64,000 bases of DNA from positions 192,001 to 256,000 of the forward strand of contig CAWAGQ010000003.1 in the NCBI GenBank assembly GCA_963781585.1, written 5' to 3'. Under the pieces are notes generated by a model. That model did no database searches and was not told the origin of the DNA. It was given only the letters and a program-made list of their open reading frames with translations. Made by a program: the position numbers and the translations under genes. The stretch is from an uncultured Gemmatimonadaceae bacterium (GTDB taxonomy: Bacteria > Gemmatimonadota > Gemmatimonadetes > Gemmatimonadales > Gemmatimonadaceae). Positions 40,245-49,370 of this stretch are shown piece by piece; the first letter of the stretch is position 1, and each line of letters starts with the position of its first letter.

Positions 40245-41171
40245 TCAGGCGATCTCGACGAGCATCGTGCCCGGACCACGCTGCTTGGCCCGCCGCTTCA
40301 CATCGGCGGCTCGCATGCCCAGATGGGCCAGGTTCACCCACGCCTCCGGATGCACCAGGAGTACGGCCGCCGAGATGCGCGCCAGGGGGAACCGCCGCAC
40401 CTGCCCCTCCCGATCGACGCCGGTGAACGATCCCGCGCGACGCGCCTCTTCCCCCACGGCTTGTTCGATCACCTCGCGACACCGTGTGGCACATTCGGTC
40501 ACGAAGCCCTCGGCCCGGGCCGGCGCCGTGAGAATGATGAAGTCGTCGCCTCCGATGTGGCCCACGAAGTCCTTCTCCTCCGCCCGCCCCACCGCCGAGG
40601 CGCTTTCGCGCATCGCGGCGCCCAGTCCGCGGATCACTTCGTCAGCGATGGCGAATCCGAAGGTGTCGGCAAACGGCTTGAAGTAGTCGAGATCCAGGTA
40701 GCACACTGCGAACGATTCCCGGCGGTCGATTCGCGAGGTGATCTCGCGATCGATTGCGCGCCCGCCCGGCAGCCCACTGGTCGGATTGCGGTCGCTCTCC
40801 CGCTGCACCAGACGCAACAGCGCCTGGACCCGCGCCCGGAGCTCCCGCGGGTCGAACGGCTTGGCGAGATAGTCATCGGCCCCGGCCGCGAATCCTTCCA
40901 CCTTGCTCTCGACCGCGCTCTGCGCAGTCAGCATCAGGACCGGAATGCGCGAGGTGAAGGGATTCTGCTTGATGCGGCGACAGACTTCGAACCCGTTCAT
41001 CCCCGGCATCGCGTGATCGAGGATAACGAGGTCCGGCTCGCGTTCCTGAATCCCCGTCAGCACGCTCAGCCCATCCTCGACGAGCGCGACGTCGTGCCCG
41101 AGGGAGCGGAACAGGTCCCGCAACATCAGGCGCATCTCTTCGTTGTCGTCCGCCAGCAGCAAGTAACTCAC
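40245..41171 (-). CDS. Response regulator with GGDEF-like (GGDDF) domain
   Basis: LADD, LDHAMP, MLTA, KPF; NPTSGLPG, DLDYFK, HIGGDDF. Confidence 0.88.
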   Translation of the reverse strand: MSYLLLADDNEEMRLMLRDLFRSLGHDVALVEDGLSVLTGIQEREPDLVILDHAMPGMNGFEVCRRIKQNPFTSRIPVLMLTAQSAVESKVEGFAAGADDYLAKPFDPRELRARVQALLRLVQRESDRNPTSGLPGGRAIDREITSRIDRRESFAVCYLDLDYFKPFADTFGFAIADEVIRGLGAAMRESASAVGRAEEKDFVGHIGGDDFIILTAPARAEGFVTECATRCREVIEQAVGEEARRAGSFTGVDREGQVRRFPLARISAAVLLVHPEAWVNLAHLGMRAADVKRRAKQRGPGTMLVEIA

Positions 41172-41324
41172 AATTCGACAGTAAGTTGCGCGTTCGTTTT
41201 GACTCCTCCAACCGGGGTTGGATAAGTTCACCGGCCTTCACGCTTCGTGTCAACGTCAAGCGGCGGATTGAAGCGCACTTAGGCCACCGCTGCCTCCGGC
41301 CCACACCCCCTTCGGGATCGCACC

Positions 41325-41624
41325 ATGACTCTCGACGAGTACCAGCGCCAGGCGAGCCGCACGCTCAATCCCCGACTGGACGAAAGTGAACGGCTGGTCG
41401 ACGCCGCGGCCGGACTCGCCGAGGAGGCAGGCGAAGTGCTCGCGCACGTGCGCAAGCATCGTTTTCAGGATCGTCCCCTCGACCGCGACCGCGTTCGCGA
41501 GGAACTGGGTGATGCCCTCTGGTGCCTGGCCGCCACCGCGGGCGCCCTCGACATGTCGTTAGGCGAGGTGGCCGCGGACAATCTGCGAAAGATCGCCCGG
41601 CGGGCGCACGACAACGGCCCCTGA
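41325..41624 (+). CDS. MazG-like nucleotide pyrophosphohydrolase
   Basis: GLAEEAGEV, EELGDALW, NLRK. Confidence 0.88.
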   Translation: MTLDEYQRQASRTLNPRLDESERLVDAAAGLAEEAGEVLAHVRKHRFQDRPLDRDRVREELGDALWCLAATAGALDMSLGEVAADNLRKIARRAHDNGP

Positions 41625-41649
41625 CCGTCGGACTCTTCCCTCCCGGCCT

Positions 41650-42666
41650 CTAGTCTTCCGCCTGACCGAAAATCGCCATGTTCGAACTGTGGCCCGGATT
41701 CACCTTCTTCTCCGGATAGATCCAGTGCACGGCCTGATTCACCGCCGTGGCGACCTCGCCAAATCCCGTGGCAATCAGCTTCAGCTTTCCCGGATATGTC
41801 GCCACGTCTCCGGCCGCATAGATCCCCGCGCGCCCCGTCTCCATCCTGCTGTTCACCAGGATCTCGTCTTTCTCGAGCGTCAGGCCCCATTCCGCGATGG
41901 CCCCCAGATCGCTCACATATCCGAGCATCGGCAGCACCACGTCGCACGGCAGCGTAGTCACTTCCTTGCTCTTCGTCGCACGCACGGTCACGCCCGTCAG
42001 CATGCCGTTGTCGCTCACCACCTCGTGCAACTCGTGGAACGTCAGGACCGCGGCGCGTCCCGCAGCGGCCGCGCGCTGGATCTCGTTCACCGTGGCCGCA
42101 TGCGCCCGGAACCGGTCGCTGCGATGGACGAGCGTCACCGACGCCGCGCGATCCAGCAGCTGATGCGCCCAGTCGAACGCCGTGTCGCCACCACCGATGA
42201 TCACCACGCGCTGCCCGCGAAAGCGCTCCGGATCGGTGACCACGTCGAAGATCCCGCGGCCATACCAGGGATGCGCCGCGGTCTGCGGTAGGCGCCTCGG
42301 AGAAAATGCGCCGATGCCGGCGGCTATCACAATCGCGCGGGTCGGGAAGCGCGCGTCGGCGGTCCGCAACTCGAATCCCCCGTCTCCCTCCACCAGGCCC
42401 GTCACCCGCTGATTCAGGTGAGCGGCGCCGCGAAACTGGAGCGCTTGCTCTTCGAGCAGCTTTACGAAGTCCTTGGCCAGGACCTTCGGAAACCCGCCAA
42501 CGTCGAAGATGTACTTCTCGGGATAGAGCGCCGTGAGCTGGCCGCCGGCCTGCGGCAGCGCGTCGAGGATTTGCGCGGCCACGCCCCGCATCCCCGCGTA
42601 GAACAGACCGAAGAGTCCAGTCGGCCCGCCGCCGAGAATCGTGATGTCGACCGGATCGTGAATCAT
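41650..42666 (-). CDS. Thioredoxin reductase-type ferredoxin-NADP+ reductase
   Basis: GGGPTG, GGQLTALYPEKYIFDVGG, GGGDTA, YPGKLKLIATG, PGHSS; no CxxC. Confidence 0.88.
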   Translation of the reverse strand: MIHDPVDITILGGGPTGLFGLFYAGMRGVAAQILDALPQAGGQLTALYPEKYIFDVGGFPKVLAKDFVKLLEEQALQFRGAAHLNQRVTGLVEGDGGFELRTADARFPTRAIVIAAGIGAFSPRRLPQTAAHPWYGRGIFDVVTDPERFRGQRVVIIGGGDTAFDWAHQLLDRAASVTLVHRSDRFRAHAATVNEIQRAAAAGRAAVLTFHELHEVVSDNGMLTGVTVRATKSKEVTTLPCDVVLPMLGYVSDLGAIAEWGLTLEKDEILVNSRMETGRAGIYAAGDVATYPGKLKLIATGFGEVATAVNQAVHWIYPEKKVNPGHSSNMAIFGQAED

Positions 42667-42787
42667 CGTAGCAAGATAGCGCCGCGTGGAGTCGCAGTCG
42701 CGCTGGCGCACCGCGTGGCGTTGGGTTGACCCAACGCCCATCGCGTGCCGCTCGCTGCCCCCCGGTCTCGCTCGTATCCTTAGCGCA

Positions 42788-43333
42788 ATGAAGATCTATA
42801 CCAGAACCGGCGATCGTGGCGACACCGGACTGTTCGGCGGCGGCCGCGTGGACAAGGACCATCCTCGCGTGGAAGCATACGGCGACGTCGATGAGCTCAA
42901 CGCCATTCTCGGCACCGCGCGCGCCACCGAGCCGATGCCCAGGATCGATGAAATCGTGGTGCGCGCGCAACGCGACCTGTTCAGCATCGGCGCGCTGCTG
43001 GCCACCCCTGATCGCGCGAAGATGGCTGAGCACCTCGACAAGGCGCGCATTGACGACGCTCGCATCGCGGAACTCGAGCACGCCATCGACGAATGCGAAA
43101 AAGAGCTCGACCCATTGCGCAGCTTCATCCTGCCGGGTGGCACTCCCAAGGCGGCCGCGCTGCACGTGGCCCGGACCGTCTGCCGGCGCGCCGAACGGCG
43201 GGTGGTGACCCTCCGACGGGACACCGATGTGCCGGAACTGGTCGTGCGGTACCTGAACCGCCTCTCCGACCTGCTGTTCATGCTGGCGCGCGTCGCGAAT
43301 CGTCGGGCCGGAGCGGCCGAGGTGACCTGGTGA
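42788..43333 (+). CDS. Cob(I)alamin adenosyltransferase, PduO type
   Basis: KIYTRTGDRG, YGDVDELN, FILPGG, RTVCRRAER, YLNRLSD. Confidence 0.95.
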   Translation: MKIYTRTGDRGDTGLFGGGRVDKDHPRVEAYGDVDELNAILGTARATEPMPRIDEIVVRAQRDLFSIGALLATPDRAKMAEHLDKARIDDARIAELEHAIDECEKELDPLRSFILPGGTPKAAALHVARTVCRRAERRVVTLRRDTDVPELVVRYLNRLSDLLFMLARVANRRAGAAEVTW

Positions 43334-43399
43334 CTGGCGTCGGCGCGGGCCGGCGCAGGGACTGTGCGCCCGCCCTGCGCATCGTTCGGCGGAGGCGAC

Positions 43400-44557
43400 G
43401 TGCCTGACATCCCCATCCTCGGCTACATGGCGCGGGTGGTTCCGGGCCTCGTCGCCGAGGCCGGACCGATCGTGCACGCGGCAGCCCCGGCTCACATGTA
43501 CGCCGTCATCACCGATGACCACGTGGCGGCGAACTGGCTGACGCCGGTCCGACGTTCGCTCCAGCAGGTGCCCGGTGCGCAGGTCGTTGCGCGCGCAGTG
43601 GAGCCGGGTGAGGCACGGAAGACCCGCCAGACGTGGGCCGCCCTCACCGACTGGATGCTGGACGCCGGATGCCGCCGGGACACGACCGTCGTCGCGTTAG
43701 GCGGAGGGGTGGTGGGCGACCTGGCGGGTTTCGTGGCGGCCACGTTCATGCGCGGTGTACCGGTGGTCCAGATCCCGACCTCGCTGCTGGCGATGGTCGA
43801 TGCCGCCATTGGGGGCAAGACCGGAGTCGACGCACCGGCCGGAAAGAACCTCGTCGGCGCGTTCCATCAGCCGGCGGCGGTCCTGATCGACCCGCTGGTG
43901 CTGTCCACGCTCCCGGCGGCGCACATGCGGGCCGGCCTGGCCGAAGTCATCAAGCACGGGGCCATCGCCGATGCGGCCTTCTTCCGGGAAGCGGCGGCCT
44001 TCGGATGCCGCGTGCACGACGCAATCACCCGCGGCACCGCCCCACCGTGGAGCACCGAGGACGCCTCCGCGCTGCTGGCCCGGAGTGTCGCGATCAAGGG
44101 CGGGATCGTCTCGCGCGACGAGCGGGAGTCGGGCGAACGGCAGATCCTGAACGCCGGACACACGGTGGCGCACGCCGTGGAGTCCGCAAGCGAATACCGC
44201 ATCCTGCACGGCGAGGCGGTGGCCATCGGTCTGGTGGCCGAGTCGCGCATCGCCGAGCAGGGCGGCTGGGCGGAACCCGGGACCGCGCGGCTGCTCGAAT
44301 CCGCCCTGGCCGGCGCGGGACTGCCGGTGCAGCTCCCCTCGGAGCTCGCCGTCGACGTCCTGGTGCGCGCCATGCGGGTGGACAAGAAGATGCGTCAGGG
44401 ACGAATCGCCTTCGCGCTGCTGGCGGCTGTCGGTCGGCCGGCCGGAAGCGACGCGGGCGGTTGGAGCACGTTCGTCGCCGAAGACGACGTGCGATCGGTG
44501 CTGGCCGGGATGGCCGCGCCTGACGAGCCAGCGCGACCGGCGAAGCCGGCCGCCTGA
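43400..44557 (+). CDS. aroB: 3-dehydroquinate synthase
   Basis: ALGGGVVGDLAGF, PTSLLAMVDA, GKNLVGAFHQP, HGEAV; GGAGG SD before GTG 43400. Confidence 0.93.
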   Translation: MPDIPILGYMARVVPGLVAEAGPIVHAAAPAHMYAVITDDHVAANWLTPVRRSLQQVPGAQVVARAVEPGEARKTRQTWAALTDWMLDAGCRRDTTVVALGGGVVGDLAGFVAATFMRGVPVVQIPTSLLAMVDAAIGGKTGVDAPAGKNLVGAFHQPAAVLIDPLVLSTLPAAHMRAGLAEVIKHGAIADAAFFREAAAFGCRVHDAITRGTAPPWSTEDASALLARSVAIKGGIVSRDERESGERQILNAGHTVAHAVESASEYRILHGEAVAIGLVAESRIAEQGGWAEPGTARLLESALAGAGLPVQLPSELAVDVLVRAMRVDKKMRQGRIAFALLAAVGRPAGSDAGGWSTFVAEDDVRSVLAGMAAPDEPARPAKPAA

Positions 44558-44561
44558 CGAG

Positions 44562-44765
44562 TTGAGAGACCGTCCGGTGTCGAGTCTCGCGGCGCTCCTG
44601 ATCGCGCTCCTGCTGATTGTCGTGCTCGTGGCTTTCGCGGCGGTGTTGCTCGGCGTCGTCTGGTGGGCTGTCCTCGGGCTCTCGGTCCTGGCACTCGCCG
44701 CGGCATCGCTAGTGATCCGGCGCCGACTGCGCCAGTCGCGCGACGTCGAACGCGCGGAGTCATGA
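44562..44765 (+). CDS. Small two-TM membrane protein
   Basis: Long hydrophobic stretch followed by RRRLR; directly after aroB. Confidence 0.5.
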   Translation: MRDRPVSSLAALLIALLLIVVLVAFAAVLLGVVWWAVLGLSVLALAAASLVIRRRLRQSRDVERAES

Positions 44766-44874
44766 AAGCCGAGCAAACAGATCACATTTCGTTCGGCGTG
44801 GCCGCAAGTTGTTGACAATTCAGGATATGCCAGAAAGGCGTCGAACCACGCCTCGCTGGCACAGAAAATGGCTG

Positions 44875-44903
44875 TTGACGGTTACGGAACGCGTTTGTAT
44901 CGT
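44875..44903 (+). promoter_or_regulatory. sigma70-type promoter of the sigma factor gene
   Basis: TTGACG-N17-TATCGT, 70 nt upstream of ATG 44973. Confidence 0.7.
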
Positions 44904-44972
44904 GCGCGCCCACTCTGCAGGACCCTGTCGCGAGGAGAACTCGCCGAACTCCCTAACGGGTAAGGGGCGCGT

Positions 44973-45866
44973 ATGCAGCAAGTGACCGAGAGCCGGGCCA
45001 AAGGGTTCGTTCGTTCCTCCCCCTCCACAGCTTTCGATCAATACCTGCACGACATCCAGAAGCTCCCCCTCATCACCGATCCGGAAGAGGAACGCCGCCT
45101 GGCGCGTCGCGCCCAGAAAGGCGACGAGAAAGCCGCCGAGCGGCTGGTCACGGCGAACCTGCGATTCGTGATCTCGTACGTGAAGAAGTACCAGGGGCAC
45201 GGACTCGATCTCAGCGAGCTCGTCGCCATCGGGAACGAAGGCCTGCTGAAGGCGGTGCGGAAGTTCGATCCGGATCAGGGCGTGAAGTTCATTTCGTACG
45301 CCGTGTGGTGGGTGCGACAGGCGGTCCTCAAGGCGCTGGCCGAGCAGACGCGCTCGGTGCGCATCCCGCTCAACCAGAATTCGCAGCTGATCCGGCTGTC
45401 GCGCGCCGAGACGATCCTCTCCCAGGTGCTGAAGCGCGATCCCACCGATCACGAAATCAGCCGGCTGCTCGAGGACACAGTTGAGAACGTCCGCTCGGCG
45501 CGGCAGATGACCTCGACCGAAGTCTCCCTCGATGCTCCCATCGACCGCAGCGATCGCGACGCCGCCACGTTAGGCGAGCGGTTCTCCGGCGTCGATGGCA
45601 CCGAGATCGAGGAGCGGACTGACGGCCGGCTGATGCGCGAGTTCATCGACCGGGTCTTCGCCAAGTACCTCACTCCGCGGGAGCGCCGGATCCTCTACCT
45701 CTACTACGGGCTCGAGGAAGGGTCGGAGGCCATGACACTGGAACGCATCGGCGCGCTCATGGGCGTCACGCGGGAGCGGATCCGGCAGATTCGCGAGCGC
45801 GCCTTCGAGAAACTCCGCGAATCACCCGACGGCCGCGCCCTGGCGAGCTTCTGGACCGCCGCCTGA
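44973..45866 (+). CDS. sigma70-family factor lacking region 1.1 (group 2-like)
   Basis: ANLRFV, KFISYAVWWVRQ, VRIP, SLDAP, GVTRERIRQI. Confidence 0.93.
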   Translation: MQQVTESRAKGFVRSSPSTAFDQYLHDIQKLPLITDPEEERRLARRAQKGDEKAAERLVTANLRFVISYVKKYQGHGLDLSELVAIGNEGLLKAVRKFDPDQGVKFISYAVWWVRQAVLKALAEQTRSVRIPLNQNSQLIRLSRAETILSQVLKRDPTDHEISRLLEDTVENVRSARQMTSTEVSLDAPIDRSDRDAATLGERFSGVDGTEIEERTDGRLMREFIDRVFAKYLTPRERRILYLYYGLEEGSEAMTLERIGALMGVTRERIRQIRERAFEKLRESPDGRALASFWTAA

Positions 45867-45894
45867 CCGCCGTCGCCAGCCCGCGACGTACCCA

Positions 45895-45923
45895 CGGGGC
45901 CCCGGAGCGCTTCCGGGGCCCCG
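45895..45923 (+). terminator. Strong hairpin downstream of the sigma gene
   Basis: CGGGGCCCCGGA-GCGCT-TCCGGGGCCCCG, 12-bp perfect stem, no U-tract. Confidence 0.55.
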
Positions 45924-46084
45924 CGCCGTTGAGGAGTCCGCGAGGCTGACTCGTCAGGGGTGCGCGCCCGGAGTCGTGCGGGATTCGTCATGATCAGCGG
46001 ATCCCATGCCTGCCGCCCACCCCGATCGGTCGCGTGTGCGTCTTTCTGGCCGCGCGTCGAAAGAGAACGAATTACCTTCCCCGA

Positions 46085-46756
46085 GTGAGCGTTCGTCTTC
46101 TTCCCATTTTTCCGCTCCCACTCGTTCTGTTCCCGCGGGAATCGCTCCCGCTGCACATCTTCGAACCACGCTACCGCCGAATGCTCGCAGACTGCCTGAC
46201 CCGAGACCGCCGGTTCGGCGTCGTCTGTCTTCAGGAGAACGTCGACGAGCGCGACATCCCGATCGGCACCGTAGGCTGCATCGCGCTGATCGAGCAGGTC
46301 GCGCCCCTTCCCGATGGGCGGTCCAACCTCGTGGTCAACGGAACACATCGCTTCACGCTCGAACGATTCGTGCCCGATGCGGCGCCCTACCACGTTGGAG
46401 AAGTGGCAACCATCGATGACGACCCCGAACCGCCCCTCCTGCTGAAGACGGAGGCGGAACACCTTCGCGCGTTGTTCACCCGGGTCGGCCGGTCTGCTCG
46501 CTCCCTCGCCAACGATCAGTCACCACCACCCGAGCTCCCCGAGGAAGCAGCGGACGTCTCGTTCGTGGTCGCGCAGTACCTCGATCTCGAGTTGGCAGCC
46601 AAACAGGCGCTGCTCGCGTCACGGTCGCCGTCGCACCGCCTGCGCCACCTGGTCGAACTCCTCGACGCAGTCGCCGACAGCATGGATGAGCGCGCCGACG
46701 TGCATGAGCGGGCTGGCGGAAACGGCAATGGGCCGCGACCGCGGCACCCGAAATGA
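46085..46756 (+). CDS. Lon N-terminal (substrate-binding) domain protein
   Basis: LPIFPLPLVLFP, LHIFEPRY, LPDGRS. Confidence 0.9.
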   Translation: MSVRLLPIFPLPLVLFPRESLPLHIFEPRYRRMLADCLTRDRRFGVVCLQENVDERDIPIGTVGCIALIEQVAPLPDGRSNLVVNGTHRFTLERFVPDAAPYHVGEVATIDDDPEPPLLLKTEAEHLRALFTRVGRSARSLANDQSPPPELPEEAADVSFVVAQYLDLELAAKQALLASRSPSHRLRHLVELLDAVADSMDERADVHERAGGNGNGPRPRHPK

Positions 46757-48189
46757 CGGCACCGTCCGGGCTGGCGGCGCGTCTTGCGGCGATCGTCGGG
46801 GACAGGCACGTCCTGGAACGTCCGGCGGAGCTCCTGGTGTATTCGGCCGACGGACTGCCAGGGTATCGCAAGCGCCCGTCGCTCGCCGTGTTTCCGGGTG
46901 CGCGGGACGAAGCCGTCGACGTCGTCAGGCTGCTGGCCGCCGAGCGCGTCCCCTTCGTGCCGCGTGGGGCCGGCACAGGATTGTCCGGTGGGGCGCTCGC
47001 GGACGACGTCGTACTGTTGGGCATGAACCGGCTCACCCGCATTCTCGACATCGATGCCGCGAACCGTCGGGCTCTGGTGGAGCCGGGCGTGGTGAACGTG
47101 GCGCTGTCGCGGGCGGTCGCCCCGTTCGGCCTGTACTACGCCCCCGACCCCTCCAGTCAGGCAGCCTGCACGATCGGCGGGAATGTCGCCGAAAACGCGG
47201 GTGGTCCCCATTGCCTGAAGTACGGCACGACCGTCAATCATGTGATCGCGCTCACGGCGGTGCTCCCCGACGGCGCGGTCGTGGCGTTAGGCAGCGCCGA
47301 CGGTGAAGTGGAAGGCTACGACCTCCGCGGCGCGTTCGTCGGCTCGGAAGGCTGCTTCGGTGTCGCCCTGGACGTCACCGTGCGCCTCACACCGTTGCCG
47401 CAGGCCGTGTGCACCATGCTCGCCGATTTCGGCTCCATCGACGCCGCCGCCCTGGTGGTCTCGGCGATCATCGCCGAGGGCATCGTGCCCGCCGCTCTGG
47501 AGATGATGGATGGCCCGACGATCCGTGCCGTCGAGGCGTCCATCTACGCCGCGGGGTACCCCGTCGATGCCGCCGCCGTGCTCCTGATCGAGATCGATGG
47601 CCTCGCCGCCGGCCTCGAGCAGGACGTCGATCGCGTGGAGGAGATCTGTCGCCAGGGCGGATGCCGCTCGATCGTCACCGCACGCGACGAGGCCGTCCGT
47701 GCCAGGCTGTGGCAGGGCCGCAAGAAGGCGTTCGGCGCAATGGGACGCGTTTCGTCGCACCTGGTCGTGCAGGACGCGGTCGTACCCCGCACCAGACTGC
47801 CGGCCGTGCTCGCCGAAGTGGGGCGCATCGCGGCCGCGTACCACGTGAACGTCTGCAACGTATTCCACGCGGGCGACGGAAACCTCCACCCGAACATCGC
47901 CTACGATGGACACGACCGCGACGAGCGGGAGCGCGTTCACGCCGCGATGCGGGATATCATGCGCGCTTGCGTGGCGGCTGGCGGGAGCGTGACCGGCGAG
48001 CACGGCGTGGGACTCGACAAGCTGGATTACATGCCGCTGATCTTCTCCGACGACTCGCTCGATGCCATGTGCCGTTTGCGCGATGCCTTCGACCCGGACC
48101 GCCGTGCCAATCCGGGCAAGGTCGTTCCGGTGCGCTCCTGTCGCGAGTGGGCGGGAGTGCCGGCCACACGGGCGGTCGCGGCCACGTGA
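46753..48189 (+). CDS. glcD: Glycolate oxidase FAD subunit GlcD-like
   Basis: PRGAGTGLSGG, APDPSS, NAGGPHCLKYG, HAGDGNLH, GEHGVG. Confidence 0.88.
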   Translation: MTAPSGLAARLAAIVGDRHVLERPAELLVYSADGLPGYRKRPSLAVFPGARDEAVDVVRLLAAERVPFVPRGAGTGLSGGALADDVVLLGMNRLTRILDIDAANRRALVEPGVVNVALSRAVAPFGLYYAPDPSSQAACTIGGNVAENAGGPHCLKYGTTVNHVIALTAVLPDGAVVALGSADGEVEGYDLRGAFVGSEGCFGVALDVTVRLTPLPQAVCTMLADFGSIDAAALVVSAIIAEGIVPAALEMMDGPTIRAVEASIYAAGYPVDAAAVLLIEIDGLAAGLEQDVDRVEEICRQGGCRSIVTARDEAVRARLWQGRKKAFGAMGRVSSHLVVQDAVVPRTRLPAVLAEVGRIAAAYHVNVCNVFHAGDGNLHPNIAYDGHDRDERERVHAAMRDIMRACVAAGGSVTGEHGVGLDKLDYMPLIFSDDSLDAMCRLRDAFDPDRRANPGKVVPVRSCREWAGVPATRAVAAT

Positions 48190-49370
48190 CGGGCAGGCTG
48201 GTGGACCGGCTGCCGACCGGGCTCTCGCGCGTGGACATTGCGGCGAACGAAACCGACGTCGTGGAGATCGTCCGTGCTGCGCACGCCGCCCGGACGCCGC
48301 TTCGCATCGTCGGCGGCGGCACCTGGCTGGAGGCGGGCCGGCCGGTGGCCGCGAAGACCGGCATCGACGTGTTGCCGCTGAGCGGTATCACCGAGTACGT
48401 GCCAGGCGACCTCACGCTCACGGCGCGGGCCGGTACCACACTGGCCGAGATCGACGCAGCCACCCGCGCTCACCGGCAGTGGCTCCCGCTGGATCCGTTC
48501 GGGCCGCCGCTCGGGACGCTGGGGGCCACGCTCGCGACGGCGTCGGCAGGGCCGCTCGCGTCCAGCATCGGGTCCCCCCGCGATGTGGCGCTGGGCCTCG
48601 CCTTCGTCTCGGGCGACGGGAAGCTCATCCGAGGCGGCGGTCGCGTGGTCAAGAATGTCGCCGGCTTCGACCTGGTCCGGTTGGCAGTGGGCGCCTGGGG
48701 CACGATCGGCGTCGTGGTCGAGGCCACGGTCAGGCTGCGCGCCCGGGCCGAGGCCGATGAAACCGTGGGCCTGCGGCTCCCGCCGACCGCGCGCGAGGTG
48801 GCGGAGCTGCTCGGTGCGATCCGCCGCGCCGCCGTTGCGCCGCTCGCGGCGGAGCTGATCTCTGCCAGCCTGGCCCAGCGGATCGGGGTGGGAGCGGAGA
48901 GCCTGCTGCTGGTGCGCCTGGCGGGAAACGCCGCGTCCGTCCGCGCGCAACGCGCCGAGACGGCGCGTTGCGCGCCGGCCGCGGACGTGGCGGCCGACGT
49001 ATGGGAACGCCTTGCCGGCGCCGAACCGCCGTCGTCCTGGATCGTTAGGCTGTCAGGCCGCCCGTCGGAACTGGCACGCCTCTGGGAGTGCGCACTCGGA
49101 TTGGTCGACGGCGCGGGTGGACTGGCGCACGCTTCCCTCGAGCGCGGCGTCGTGCGCTGCTGGCTCGACGGCGCGAACCCACCGATGCACGAGGCGGCCG
49201 TCGGGGCGCTCGACGCCGCCGGCACCCGGATCTTCGAGCGACTGCCGGCCGCCGTCTGGCTCCGCCTGACGGTCCCCGCCGCCGATGACCCGCTGTCACG
49301 CGCGGTGCGACACGCTTTCGACCCGGACCGCATTCTCAACCCCGGCATTCTCGGGGAGCTGCAATCGTGA
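48186..49370 (+). CDS. glcE: Glycolate oxidase FAD-binding subunit GlcE-like
   Basis: EYVPGDLT, GGRVVKNVAGFD, FDPDRILNPG. Confidence 0.85.
   Translation: MTGRLVDRLPTGLSRVDIAANETDVVEIVRAAHAARTPLRIVGGGTWLEAGRPVAAKTGIDVLPLSGITEYVPGDLTLTARAGTTLAEIDAATRAHRQWLPLDPFGPPLGTLGATLATASAGPLASSIGSPRDVALGLAFVSGDGKLIRGGGRVVKNVAGFDLVRLAVGAWGTIGVVVEATVRLRARAEADETVGLRLPPTAREVAELLGAIRRAAVAPLAAELISASLAQRIGVGAESLLLVRLAGNAASVRAQRAETARCAPAADVAADVWERLAGAEPPSSWIVRLSGRPSELARLWECALGLVDGAGGLAHASLERGVVRCWLDGANPPMHEAAVGALDAAGTRIFERLPAAVWLRLTVPAADDPLSRAVRHAFDPDRILNPGILGELQS

Noticed and set aside
41325..41624. MazG-like gene as a toxin-antitoxin or anti-phage component
   Set aside because: No associated toxin or defence genes; housekeeping context
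44812..44840. Perfect TTGACA upstream of the sigma gene
   Set aside because: No -10-like hexamer at 16-18 nt spacing; the 44875 promoter fits better
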